Shown here: positions 1 through 8,953 of the stretch, in pieces | How the letters are laid out: every line of letters starts with the position of its first letter | How positions within the stretch are numbered: the stretch's first letter is position 1 | Assembly (NCBI GenBank): GCA_964586835.1 | Contig: CAZPIC010000006.1 | Span: forward strand, 17,534-81,533 | DNA length: 64,000 bases | DNA from: an uncultured Oscillospiraceae bacterium | Lineage (GTDB): Bacteria; Bacillota; Clostridia; Christensenellales; Aristaeellaceae | Reading direction: 5' to 3' | The notes under the pieces: model-generated | Databases searched by the model: none | Told to the model about the DNA's origin: nothing | What the model saw: only the letters and a program-made list of their open reading frames with translations | Made by a program: the position numbers and the translations under genes

Positions 1-5
1 ACACA

Positions 6-986
6 TTGGATGACATGAAGCGCCTGGCCATGGCACTATACAAGTCGATGCCCGCCAAACTGCGGGATGAGAAAGACATCGATGACATGGTGCGAGATTT
101 CAACGCCTTTGAGGCAGCGAGAAAGAAAAGCACCCAGAGCGGTGCTACGCCTTTGGACTTGAAGTCGTTGGGCGCAGAAATCACGCAGTTTCTTGAATTC
201 GCCTACGCGCAGTATTACGTTGCTCCCAATACATTCGTACGCAAGCCAGAGCGGCCCAAATGGCGGTTTAAGGTGAAAAACTATATCAAACGGCTCCAGA
301 TGACCGCCCCTGAAACGGAGGAGGGGAAAACGGCGACAGAGCTGCTTTCCAAACTGTATGCCATGCTCTCGTATGCCTGCGGATATTACCTGTTCAACAC
401 GGAAGACCCTTTCCGCTCCATCGGCATGAAGCAGCAGGCCGTCCTGGAAGTCGTCATTGTGCGTCTATTGGCCGACGGCATCAACGCTGCCAACCTTTCC
501 AAGGCGATTTTGTTGATTGTCGATGGCTATACCGACAGAGAGACGATAACCATGTCGCTGATCCTGGCGTTGGTACACCGCATCCGGACGACGGACGGCA
601 GGGAGACAGCCATCGCGCAGTGCAAACGTCTGTGGGAAAAGAAGGCTGCGGCGATCAAGCCAAAGGGCAGGGGCAGTGACTCCTATTTCCTGGACTACTG
701 GGTGAAAGAAAGCCTGAATCATCTTGTGAGTCTGGTGTTCTTTTTCTATGCGGAACTGTATGAGTTTGACAGCGGGATCGACTATTTTTTAAACCACTAC
801 AAAGAATCGGACGCAGAAATCCACCTCTACGCGCTGCTGCATCACCTGCGCCTGTACGAACAGCCAGCGCTGTGGATGCGGGAATTCGAGCGTGCGAAGA
901 AGCGCAATGTGAAGCCTAGGGTGACGCTGATTGACGAATACGACAGGCTTAAAGAAACGGGTGAGTTTAGCGCCAGTTACTATTAG
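6..986 (+). CDS. hypothetical protein, predicted mostly helical, no family recognised
   Basis: 326-aa ORF (TTG at 6, ATG at 15) with protein-like composition and no credible competing ORF. It begins 5 nt from the window edge, so the N-terminus may lie upstream. I can assign no catalytic or binding motif. Confidence 0.55.
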   Translation: MDDMKRLAMALYKSMPAKLRDEKDIDDMVRDFNAFEAARKKSTQSGATPLDLKSLGAEITQFLEFAYAQYYVAPNTFVRKPERPKWRFKVKNYIKRLQMTAPETEEGKTATELLSKLYAMLSYACGYYLFNTEDPFRSIGMKQQAVLEVVIVRLLADGINAANLSKAILLIVDGYTDRETITMSLILALVHRIRTTDGRETAIAQCKRLWEKKAAAIKPKGRGSDSYFLDYWVKESLNHLVSLVFFFYAELYEFDSGIDYFLNHYKESDAEIHLYALLHHLRLYEQPALWMREFERAKKRNVKPRVTLIDEYDRLKETGEFSASYY

Positions 987-989
987 CAG

Positions 990-1790
990 GCGTTTTCCGC
1001 CTCGCACGGGCGCGTACCTTCCCGCTGGGCTCTCCAAGGGCTCGGACAGGCCTTGCTCCAGCGTGCATCCCACCCTCTCCGTTCATACAGCACACAGCCC
1101 TGAGGGGGCTGTTTGAAAACCCGCACTCCGGATCGAACAGGATGCCGACGGAAGCGCCGACAGGATTGTCCTTCAACCGGATGCGCAGGTCGCACAAAAG
1201 GCCTCTCTTCCAGTCTGACCTCACCCCCCATCGAAGCGCCCCATCCGGAAAAAGTACGGAGCGATCGCAGCAAAACCGCGGCTGACAGGAAGGCGACTTC
1301 CGTGAGGGTATGCGACACTCCAGCGGAAATGGTTTTTCAAAGGAGGCGTCTGTAGCGGCGAGACCCGCATATCCCTCTGTCCACAGCGCCACCCTGTTTC
1401 CACCCAGGCACGCAGGCAGGCCCTGCAGGGATCTCTCTGTTTCATCTGGTTCTCTCCTGGCAGAAAGAAGCGTCAAGGGCGTCGTTTCCCCTCGCAGGAG
1501 AAACGCCACGCTGTATCGAGCACGAATGGTACTGTTCCCCTAAAGAGCTATCGAGCTCGACAAAGAAAAGCCGGCCAGCGGTCTTCGCGTTGGCCAGCTT
1601 AACGCTACGCTTCACCGGCAGAAAAGACTGTCGCCGGGGAAAAAGCGCGCGCAGTGGAAGATGCCTCCGTCCACCTCCCGCAGCGCCCATCAGGGCTGAC
1701 CATGCGGTTTGACATTGGCACACCATCGTCTCCGCATTCTGTCACGCCAAGGAGCAGCATCTCGTCAACAAATGGCTGTGCTTCCGTCAT
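990..1790 (-). pseudogene. frameshifted, truncated paralog of the adjacent 405-aa secreted repeat protein
   Basis: There is no long ORF. Minus-strand fragments in three frames align in order with the upstream protein: MTEAQPFVDEMLLLGV vs VTEALPLQEGMLLLGV, ARREPDETER vs VRREPDFEER, SHTLTEVAFL vs STHTEWLVPV. The ATG overlaps the stop of the intact gene. Confidence 0.7.
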
Positions 1791-3004
1791 CCGCCCTCTA
1801 TCCGTTCGTCATCAGAGATTGGCAGTGCTTCGTCAGGAAGCCATGCCGGCAGGGAGTTCGCCTTACCCACGAACGGAAGCCCAAGGAAGCCCGGCTCCTC
1901 AAGCGTCGCGCCCAACAGCCATGGCTCCCCCGCGGCATCCAGCGCAACGCCCATCATCTCCAACCTGTTTTCACCGATGTAGGGAAAGCTGGGGGCCTCC
2001 AGGACGCTCCCCTCCTCGTCCAACCTCATGTACCAGCTACCACCCAGCAGGGGGCTGTTTTCAAGATTCAGCCCACGGCTGCCCACAAGGATTCCGTCCG
2101 CAGTGGACAACACGTAATCGGCTGCCTGGTATCCGTCCAGCTGGTATTCCCAAAGCTTTTCACCTTTCATTGTATACCCAAGGATCCATCCGATGCGGGT
2201 CCCTGGGCCGTCCTCCTCGTAAGTCCAGCCGGATGCGCTGGCTGCGATACGCCCGCCCCTGGTTATAGACACATCGCCCATGTACGTATCCTCGCCCAGA
2301 TTGAGTTCGCGGGTCCAGCGGATGTTCCCGCGCAAATCGAGACGATGCAGCAGCCCAAGCCGGGAGCCGTCATCCAGGATACCCTCTCCGATCACGATAA
2401 TCGCGTCCCCGTCCAGGACGCCTTTTTGGAATGTCATGCCGGCATAGGGAACTGTGGGAAACCTTGTGGACCACTGCCGCTCACCCTTCATGTCCAGGCG
2501 AACCACCAAGCCCTGCGCTCCGTCGCCGGCATCACCGGAACCAGGATAGTATGTGCCCAGGGCGAAATATCCGTCCTTTACGGGCACGAGCCATTCCGTA
2601 TGTGTCGACAGTTTGCGCGTGCGCATGATACGCCCCTCTGGAGATACGAACACCAGGTGAGAAGTATACTCCCCCGTTCTCTCTTCGAAATCCGGTTCCC
2701 GCCGGACAAGGACAGAAACGCGTCCGTCCGAAAGCAGGCGCGCGCATCGGAAAGTTCCGCCTCCCTCCTCCTGCAGCACCCAATGGATTTCGCCTTCCGG
2801 TCCGATGCGTGCCATCCAGCCGCTCACTTCGTTTTGCGCAACTCCCAGCAGCAACATCCCCTCCTGAAGCGGCAAGGCCTCTGTCACCAGCCCTGGCATC
2901 CGTGCATCGTCAAACGTTGTCCCCCTTCCAGACGACTCCTCCGCCCAGGCGACGGAAAACCCCGCTAGAAAGAGGCTGGCAAGCAGTATCAGGTATTTTT
3001 TCAT
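1787..3004 (-). CDS. secreted repeat protein, probable beta-propeller (BamB/PQQ-like repeats)
   Basis: 405-aa ORF with N-terminal signal peptide MKKYLILLASLFLAGFSVAWA. A G-x-x-x-W motif recurs (GEIHW, GERQW, GNIRW, GEKLW) about every 50-55 aa. An RBS-like GAGGGAG lies upstream. Confidence 0.75.
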   Translation of the reverse strand: MKKYLILLASLFLAGFSVAWAEESSGRGTTFDDARMPGLVTEALPLQEGMLLLGVAQNEVSGWMARIGPEGEIHWVLQEEGGGTFRCARLLSDGRVSVLVRREPDFEERTGEYTSHLVFVSPEGRIMRTRKLSTHTEWLVPVKDGYFALGTYYPGSGDAGDGAQGLVVRLDMKGERQWSTRFPTVPYAGMTFQKGVLDGDAIIVIGEGILDDGSRLGLLHRLDLRGNIRWTRELNLGEDTYMGDVSITRGGRIAASASGWTYEEDGPGTRIGWILGYTMKGEKLWEYQLDGYQAADYVLSTADGILVGSRGLNLENSPLLGGSWYMRLDEEGSVLEAPSFPYIGENRLEMMGVALDAAGEPWLLGATLEEPGFLGLPFVGKANSLPAWLPDEALPISDDERIEGG

Positions 3005-3478
3005 CTTGGCTCACTCCCTCTCGTCTGCATGATATCCTCCTCCCCATGGGTGTCCATCGAAAGCATGGCAGTTCAGCTCGGGGGGAAGAAGACCGCTCTC
3101 AAGCCCTGTTTCTGCAAGGCTTTCCGAGCGCTGGCGCTTAAATAGAACTGTCGTTTCACAGCGGACAGGCCCTTCTCATCCAAAACCTGCTAAACGACTT
3201 CTGTTTGACTTCCACCTCATAAAAATGGAACTAAACACACTCCGCATTCATCTGCAGTCACCGCGATATGCCCTTTATCGAAAAAGGCGCGGTCTTTGCC
3301 CGGTTTCCTCTCTCGCTTCTGACCTTCGCGCACGCCATGCAGCCGCTCCCATCGTCGGTACGGGCGCTGCCACTGCCATCAGCATAAGCTGCAGAAGAAA
3401 GGAGAGCAGCGATGTTTAGGCCCTGTCAGCATCCTTGGAAAACTTCTTACCTTCGCAGATATGACGAGCTCCTTTCTC

Positions 3479-3849
3479 CTATTGCCTCCAGAAGCTAATG
3501 GTATCCTTTTTGTCTTCGATGCTATAGGCGATGAGTTTGCGCAATAAATCATAATCCACCCTGTCCTCCCATTTTATCCTGAACAGTTCTTTTGTATGGA
3601 AGTATCCTGCTTTCTCTATCTCATCTTGAAATAATTCAATCGCCACACTTTCAGGAGCGACGGCAATATGTCCTTTGGCAATGCTGAAGCCAATGATAAA
3701 AGCACCGTGGTCAGAGAACATTGGATGATTCCATTTAATCTCTTCTACCAATTTCGGAAATTCACCTTCAATGTGATTCAGGATGTCTTTAAACGCTCAC
3801 GTTTTGCTGGTTCATGAATGTGATCTAAAAATGCTTGGAACTCCCCCAT
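3479..3849 (-). pseudogene. DUF1801 / YdhG-like protein, interrupted by a 1-nt frameshift
   Basis: ATG at 3849 reads MGEFQAFLDHIHEPAKRERLKTS then stops at 3778. The +1 frame continues AFKDILNHIEGEFPKLVEEIKWNHPMF... to 3479. The joined length (~123 aa) and the IKWN.P.F / G.I.... pattern fit DUF1801. The frameshift maps to about 3787-3798. Confidence 0.65.
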
Positions 3850-5321
3850 GTCGTTCCCCTCTCCCCCTTTGTTTTTTAGTCTCCTGAACAGGTCGTACAG
3901 AACGAGGATCGTCGGGTCATCCGCGAGGAATACAGTTACAGGAACCCAGCTGTATTGAAAAAGAGAGCACTCCATCCTGTCCGTGCAGACAGCCTTTTTA
4001 CGAAAGCGACCGGTCCCCGGAAACGGTTCAAGGCCAGCACGCCCCGGGAATACCGAAAAAGCATCATTCAAGGACTGTAACAGTTCATCAGCATCTCATC
4101 GCGAGGATAGATTCTGGCGGTTCATGCATAAGCCGCCCCTGTTTCACTCCGCTGTCTTTCGCTTGCCCCCTTGTGGAAGGATGGCCCGGATCCGGCCTCT
4201 CATCCCTTCGTGCTTTCTCTTTGAGCATCCTCAGTGTCGCCGCCTTTAAGCCCGTGTGAACCCCTTTTCAACCCCTTTGGACCCTTGATTCTCAACGCAC
4301 TCTCCAGGTGCAACCACGCGTGTCTGCGAGGCCAACTCTCTTGAACCTCAAAATGTATTATACTCAGATTCGACCTCTCCCAAACCATGACGTTCACGCC
4401 CTTCCGCCATATGGGTTCCTGCGAAGGGCTGGCTATCAGGTCTGGTCGGGGAGATGACGCCATGAGCGGTGAAGGAAGTCCCATCCCGCACGTTATAGCT
4501 TTCAAGAAACCTCCGCGCCATCTTCCCTAAGAGCTTGTCCCTGCCCTGGCTGAAGACCGGCACTGGGAGTCGCTCCGCCTTGCCCGTGCAAAACCTCTGG
4601 ATGATGTTGCAGAGGAAGTTGTGGTTAGAGAGCTTGGTAGCACCTGCTTAGGAAGGATCTGTTCGGGGAAGGGCCGGGCAGACCTGCCGAGGGCAGGGGA
4701 GAACGTGCCGTCGAGCCTCAGGTTGGAGGCGGTCTGGCCCTCCGGTCGCGGCCCTTTTCTCCACCAGAAAGGGAGTGAGTTTGCAGCAGGTACATGAGAG
4801 TCGCACCGTTGCCAAATAACTGAGGGCGGGATCAAGCTGGGTTTGATCCCGCCACACAGGAACAGGTCACACTTCCGCTTGGCATCTTTCCTGCCAGTCC
4901 TGATCCCCCTTAAGGCAGACTGTCCCTGAAGGAGGCAAGGGTAACAAAGCAGGATCTCCAAAGGAGCTTAAGCGCGGAAGTCCTGTGTTTTCCCTCAGAC
5001 TCTCTGCAGACTTCCACTTAGGAAAACCGGGCAAGCCAGGCTGTCAACGCCCGTGCCCCCTTGAAGAAGTCAGGAAAACGGGCTTCAGAATACTCAGCGC
5101 TGCCAGCAGTGTCGCTGGCCCCGATACAGGCACCACCCAGTTCTTGCGAACATCCGAATGGTAGCAGGGGCTGTAAGGGATTTTGAGCAACAGCGTCCTC
5201 CAAGGTTTGCGTAGTATGCAAGCCCTCTCTTAGGATGGTATAGTGTTCCTAACGACATGGCGAAAGCACGCTGCGTTTCATCACCCCGTGGGTGTCTTTC
5301 GCAGAAAGGCGGATGATCAAT

Positions 5322-6893
5322 ATGAAACGGTTATGGGCGACCCTGTTGATGCTGACGCTTCTTTTGCCGCTGCTTTCCCAAGGCCTTGCAGCGAGCTCTC
5401 CCGTGCCGGACGAGATACCGGAGGACCTGGGAGGGAAAACGGTCTATGGCTTTCTCGTGGACCTGAGAAAAACGTATCTTCCTAATAAAGTCTTTGCAGA
5501 TACTGCCAAATATACCGATCAGGACAGGGAAGATGCCAGGAAAGCCATTGAACTGATCGTACGCAGTACGACCGCCATCATGGAAGCGGCAGAAAAAGAA
5601 GACAGCTCCAACCTCTATCTGCGTGCCTGGGCACTGGATCTGTCCTATCAGGACACCGGAGATCCACAGACCAAGCAGCAGTCGCTGGAGGACTACCGCA
5701 AGACCATCGAGAAGGGCGATACCTTTGCCCAGGCGGATTATGACAGGCTTCTGGAGCTAGAGGTGATGGCAGCGCCCCTGCATTGGCATATGGCTCAGAT
5801 GCTCACCCCAGAAGAACTGGGAGAGATCCTGGGTGTTCCCGGTGCCTCCTTGTCCTTAGTCCGTTCAGCCTATGAGAAAGAGGATAGCAGCAGGCGTGCG
5901 GTAGGATATGTGTCGAGCACAGCCGCTCACCCGGCATTGGGAACGATCCACCTCATTGCGGAGCCGCAGGGGGGGAGCGCACGATTCAAGCTGCTGAGCA
6001 AGAAAGAGAATGCCTTTCTCGGCAGGATAGAGCCGCTGGAAGGCCTCGGGGACGAGGCTGTAGCGATGATGCTGGTCAATAAGCAAAACAATCCTGTGCG
6101 TTATGCTGCCCTGCTGGTACGCAAAGGGGACCTGGTGCTCCAGGCATGGGTACCCGCCGGATTCCATGGGATGGACGCGGCTGACGCAGCGAGGGAGATC
6201 TGCAGCCGAGTACTGTCTAACATGGACGATGTTCAAAGACCCCTTCCTCCCCCTCCCGCTACCCTGTCGGAGCCGTCCGTAGCGGATGTCCTGCCAAAAT
6301 CGGATGCGGGAGCATCTCCGGTGCCCGACGTACTGCCAGAGGATCTGGGCGGGAAGACCGAATACGGGTTTGTTCTGGATATCCTGAACACGCACATCAA
6401 AAAGGAAGTGTTCTCTGACCCCAAATGGACGGAAGAGGACCGCAACAATGCCAGACGCGCCATCCGACTGGTGGTGGAGACGCTTAACACCCGCTTTGAC
6501 ATCTCAGGGCAGGATGTCTATCAGCTCGAAATGCGGGGAAAATGCTACAGTGCGGCGTACGACGACACAGGCAACCCGCTTTTTCGGGACCTGGCCATCA
6601 ACGACTATAAGCAGTCCATGATCGGGGACTTCTATCTGGCCAAGAAAGACTACGATCGCCTGGCTACGCCGGTGCTTTCATCCTTGGGATGGATGGGTAA
6701 GGGGGATCAGGGGGCACAAGTAAGCATCCTGCAGCAGTGGCTGAATCAGGCAGGATATCCGCTTGAGTTGTCCGGGATGTTTGACGCGAAAACGGCAGAA
6801 GCCGTCCAAGCGTATCGAAAAGATCATGGGCTTCAGGAAGATGACGGCGCGGATTTGGCCTTTTTGCTTTCTTTATATGCGAAGGTACCCTGA
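5322..6893 (+). CDS. secreted protein with an internal domain duplication and a C-terminal peptidoglycan-binding (PG_binding_1-like) domain
   Basis: ATG at 5322 lies 9 nt after GAAAGGCGG. Signal peptide MKRLWATLLMLTLLLPLLSQGLAA. Two homologous modules: SSPVPDEIPEDLGGKTVYGF...DREDARKAIELIV and ASPVPDVLPEDLGGKTEYGF...DRNNARRAIRLVV. The C-terminus GDQGAQVSILQQWLNQAGYPLELSGMFDAKTAEAVQAYRKDHGL is typical of PG-binding repeats. Confidence 0.8.
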   Translation: MKRLWATLLMLTLLLPLLSQGLAASSPVPDEIPEDLGGKTVYGFLVDLRKTYLPNKVFADTAKYTDQDREDARKAIELIVRSTTAIMEAAEKEDSSNLYLRAWALDLSYQDTGDPQTKQQSLEDYRKTIEKGDTFAQADYDRLLELEVMAAPLHWHMAQMLTPEELGEILGVPGASLSLVRSAYEKEDSSRRAVGYVSSTAAHPALGTIHLIAEPQGGSARFKLLSKKENAFLGRIEPLEGLGDEAVAMMLVNKQNNPVRYAALLVRKGDLVLQAWVPAGFHGMDAADAAREICSRVLSNMDDVQRPLPPPPATLSEPSVADVLPKSDAGASPVPDVLPEDLGGKTEYGFVLDILNTHIKKEVFSDPKWTEEDRNNARRAIRLVVETLNTRFDISGQDVYQLEMRGKCYSAAYDDTGNPLFRDLAINDYKQSMIGDFYLAKKDYDRLATPVLSSLGWMGKGDQGAQVSILQQWLNQAGYPLELSGMFDAKTAEAVQAYRKDHGLQEDDGADLAFLLSLYAKVP

Positions 6894-6984
6894 GGCGAAC
6901 GAAAGGCCTAACGGAGTATAAAAACAGAAGGCAGCCAGCTTTTTATCCGGCTCCACACCAGAGAGCACGGCGGTGTGCATGGAA

Positions 6985-7000
6985 AGCACGGCGCCGTGCT
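6985..7000. terminator. 16-nt perfect palindrome between convergent genes, possible bidirectional terminator
   Basis: AGCACGGCGCCGTGCT sits between the stop at 6893 (+) and the stop at 7008 (-), followed by GCCTGTTTTA on the plus strand. The U-tract is weak. Confidence 0.35.
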
Positions 7001-7007
7001 GCCTGTT

Positions 7008-8183
7008 TTACGGGACCTGAAATTCAAGAACGATCCTGCACAGGGCCTCGACCCCCGGTGCAAGAATGCTGTCGTTGAAGACATACGCGGGGTCGTGAAG
7101 AGGGACGACCGGTTTACCCTCCCTGTCGCTTCCCAGGAATAGGAATACCCCCGGGATCTCCTGTTGAAATAGCGCAAATTCCTCGCAGCCCATCTCACAG
7201 GGGATCTCGTCGGTTACTCTGGCAGGGCCCAAACCGGCTGTCAGAATTGTACTGATCTTTGCAGACAGAGCCGGGTCATTACACACCGGAGGCATGATCC
7301 TGTCATACTTCAGTTCGTATCCTGCCCTGGCTGCCTGGGTGACACCCTGAACGAGCTCCTTGAAGCGCCGGGCGATGAAGTCCCTGGCGTCCTGGTGGTA
7401 TGCCCTGACTGTCCCCTCAAGGGTCACCTTGTCTGGAATGACGTTCACCGCCGTGCCGCCCTGGATCTTGCCGATCGTGATCAGAGCAGGCCTCGTCGGG
7501 TCCATTTCCCGGCTGATGATACTTTGAACGGTGGAAATCACATTCGCCGCCGTCACGATGGGATCAACCGCCAGATGCGGCCAGGCGCCATGCCCCGGCC
7601 TGCCCAGGATGTCCAAACGAAAAACATCGCTGGAGGCCAACACCGGTCCGGCCTTCACGCCGATGATCCCTTCCCTGAGACCAGGCCAATTATGGATATG
7701 GACGATGGCATCCACCTCCGGGTGATGAAGGCTGCCCGCCTGTATGAGCGCTGTCGCCCCTCCGGTTTCCTCTTCGGAGGGCTGAAAGATCAGCTTAATG
7801 TTCCCTTTGATCTTCTCCCGCATCATCGAAAGGATTTTCGCTGCCCCCAGGACGATCGTCATGTTTCCGTCGTGGCCGCAACCGTGGAAGACGCCTCTGT
7901 TTTCAGACGCATATTCCACGCCGGAACATTCGTCCATGGCCAGAGCATCGAGGCAGGCCCTTATCCCGACGGTCGGTCCGCTCTGCAATCCCCGCAGAAG
8001 CGCCACCACCCCTGTTCCGCCTATACCCGTCCGCACCTCAAGCCCCAGCTCTTTCAGGTACGCGGCTATTTTTTCAGCCGTGCGGTATTCTTTGAAACCC
8101 AGTTCCGGAAAGCGGTGAAGGTCTTTCCTGATCCTGACGAGCTCATCGTGTAGATCAGCACTTTTATTTGCAAGTTCCATCAT
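7008..8183 (-). CDS. M20 family amidohydrolase (N-acyl-amino-acid / hippurate hydrolase type)
   Basis: Motifs LHRFPELGFKEYRT, HGCGHDGNM, FQPSEE and the overall M20D layout. The ORF track starts at 8237, but the tandem ATGs at 8183/8180 follow AGGAAGGG. Confidence 0.85.
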   Translation of the reverse strand: MMELANKSADLHDELVRIRKDLHRFPELGFKEYRTAEKIAAYLKELGLEVRTGIGGTGVVALLRGLQSGPTVGIRACLDALAMDECSGVEYASENRGVFHGCGHDGNMTIVLGAAKILSMMREKIKGNIKLIFQPSEEETGGATALIQAGSLHHPEVDAIVHIHNWPGLREGIIGVKAGPVLASSDVFRLDILGRPGHGAWPHLAVDPIVTAANVISTVQSIISREMDPTRPALITIGKIQGGTAVNVIPDKVTLEGTVRAYHQDARDFIARRFKELVQGVTQAARAGYELKYDRIMPPVCNDPALSAKISTILTAGLGPARVTDEIPCEMGCEEFALFQQEIPGVFLFLGSDREGKPVVPLHDPAYVFNDSILAPGVEALCRIVLEFQVP

Positions 8184-8404
8184 GACCCTTCCTGTGCGCA
8201 TGCAGGTTCTCAGCCTAAGCTTCACGCTGCCCGCCATTGTCCAGCTGGATCTTCAGCCTTCCGCCCATCCTGACGGCCATCGTGCCATAAGCAAGGATTC
8301 CATTTCAAGCGCCTTGTGCGCCGCCCGGACACAACCCGCCAGCGTTCCTTCACGCCTCCTGCGATGCCTTGTTCGTCTTTTCATGGCTGTTTCACGCCCT
8401 GTGC

Positions 8405-8953
8405 CTAAAACAAAAGGTCCTCCACCGCCATGCGAGGCATGGGGTGGTTGCGTTCCTGGTTATGCGGGGATAAAAGCATTGGGTCACCGGGATAGCCCAC
8501 CGCCATCAGGTGGACGATCTCAAAGTCTTCCGGTATCTCAAACAGTTCCCGGGCCTCTTTTCGTTTGAAGCCGGCCATGGGATGCGCGACCAACCCGCGA
8601 TGCTCTGCTTCCAGCATGAGAAAACCCGCTGCACAGCCAGCGTCAGACATATGCCAGCGGTTGTCCTTTCCCCCTTTGGTGAAGGTCCTCTTAGCCAGTG
8701 TCAGGATCAGCGCCGGTGCAATGCCCGCCCATTCCTGGTTGGCAGGGGTCATGATGCCTGCCAGGACCTCCCTGCGTTCGCCCCGGGCGACCAGAAAGCG
8801 CCAGGGCTGCTCATTAAAACAGGAAGGGGCGAAACTCGCGGCTTCCACCAGTGCCAGGAGCGTCTCCTCCGGAACCTCCCGGGAGCTCACGGCGCGGTTG
8901 GCAAAACGGGTCCTGATTTCGAGCATGACGTCAAAGCGGGACAAGCGGTTCAT
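8405..8953 (-). CDS. nitroreductase family protein
   Basis: 182 aa. R.....F....V....L..L.EAA..APS..N.QPWRF pattern (RAVSSREVPEETLLALVEAASFAPSCFNEQPWRFLV). Strong RBS GAGGAGG before the ATG at 8953. Confidence 0.85.
   Translation of the reverse strand: MNRLSRFDVMLEIRTRFANRAVSSREVPEETLLALVEAASFAPSCFNEQPWRFLVARGERREVLAGIMTPANQEWAGIAPALILTLAKRTFTKGGKDNRWHMSDAGCAAGFLMLEAEHRGLVAHPMAGFKRKEARELFEIPEDFEIVHLMAVGYPGDPMLLSPHNQERNHPMPRMAVEDLLF

Noticed and set aside
1709-2968. 419-aa plus-strand ORF
   Set aside because: It lies entirely antisense to the 405-aa secreted-protein gene. It is rich in Arg/Pro/Ala/His with no motifs, a typical shadow ORF in high-GC DNA.
3412-3498. 28-aa ORF (MFRPCQHPWKTSYLRRYDELLSPIASRS) with a good RBS (AAAGGAGAG, 5-nt spacing)
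   Set aside because: It is too short to support from sequence alone. It overlaps the 3' end of the DUF1801 pseudogene convergently, and I have no conservation evidence available.
4527-4961. 144-aa minus-strand ORF in the ORF-poor region
   Set aside because: Its tail is low-complexity and Ser/Thr/Arg-rich (SSLTTTSSATSSRGFARARRSDSQ), with no RBS or motif. I treated it as non-coding or decayed sequence (see the finding at 4100-5240).
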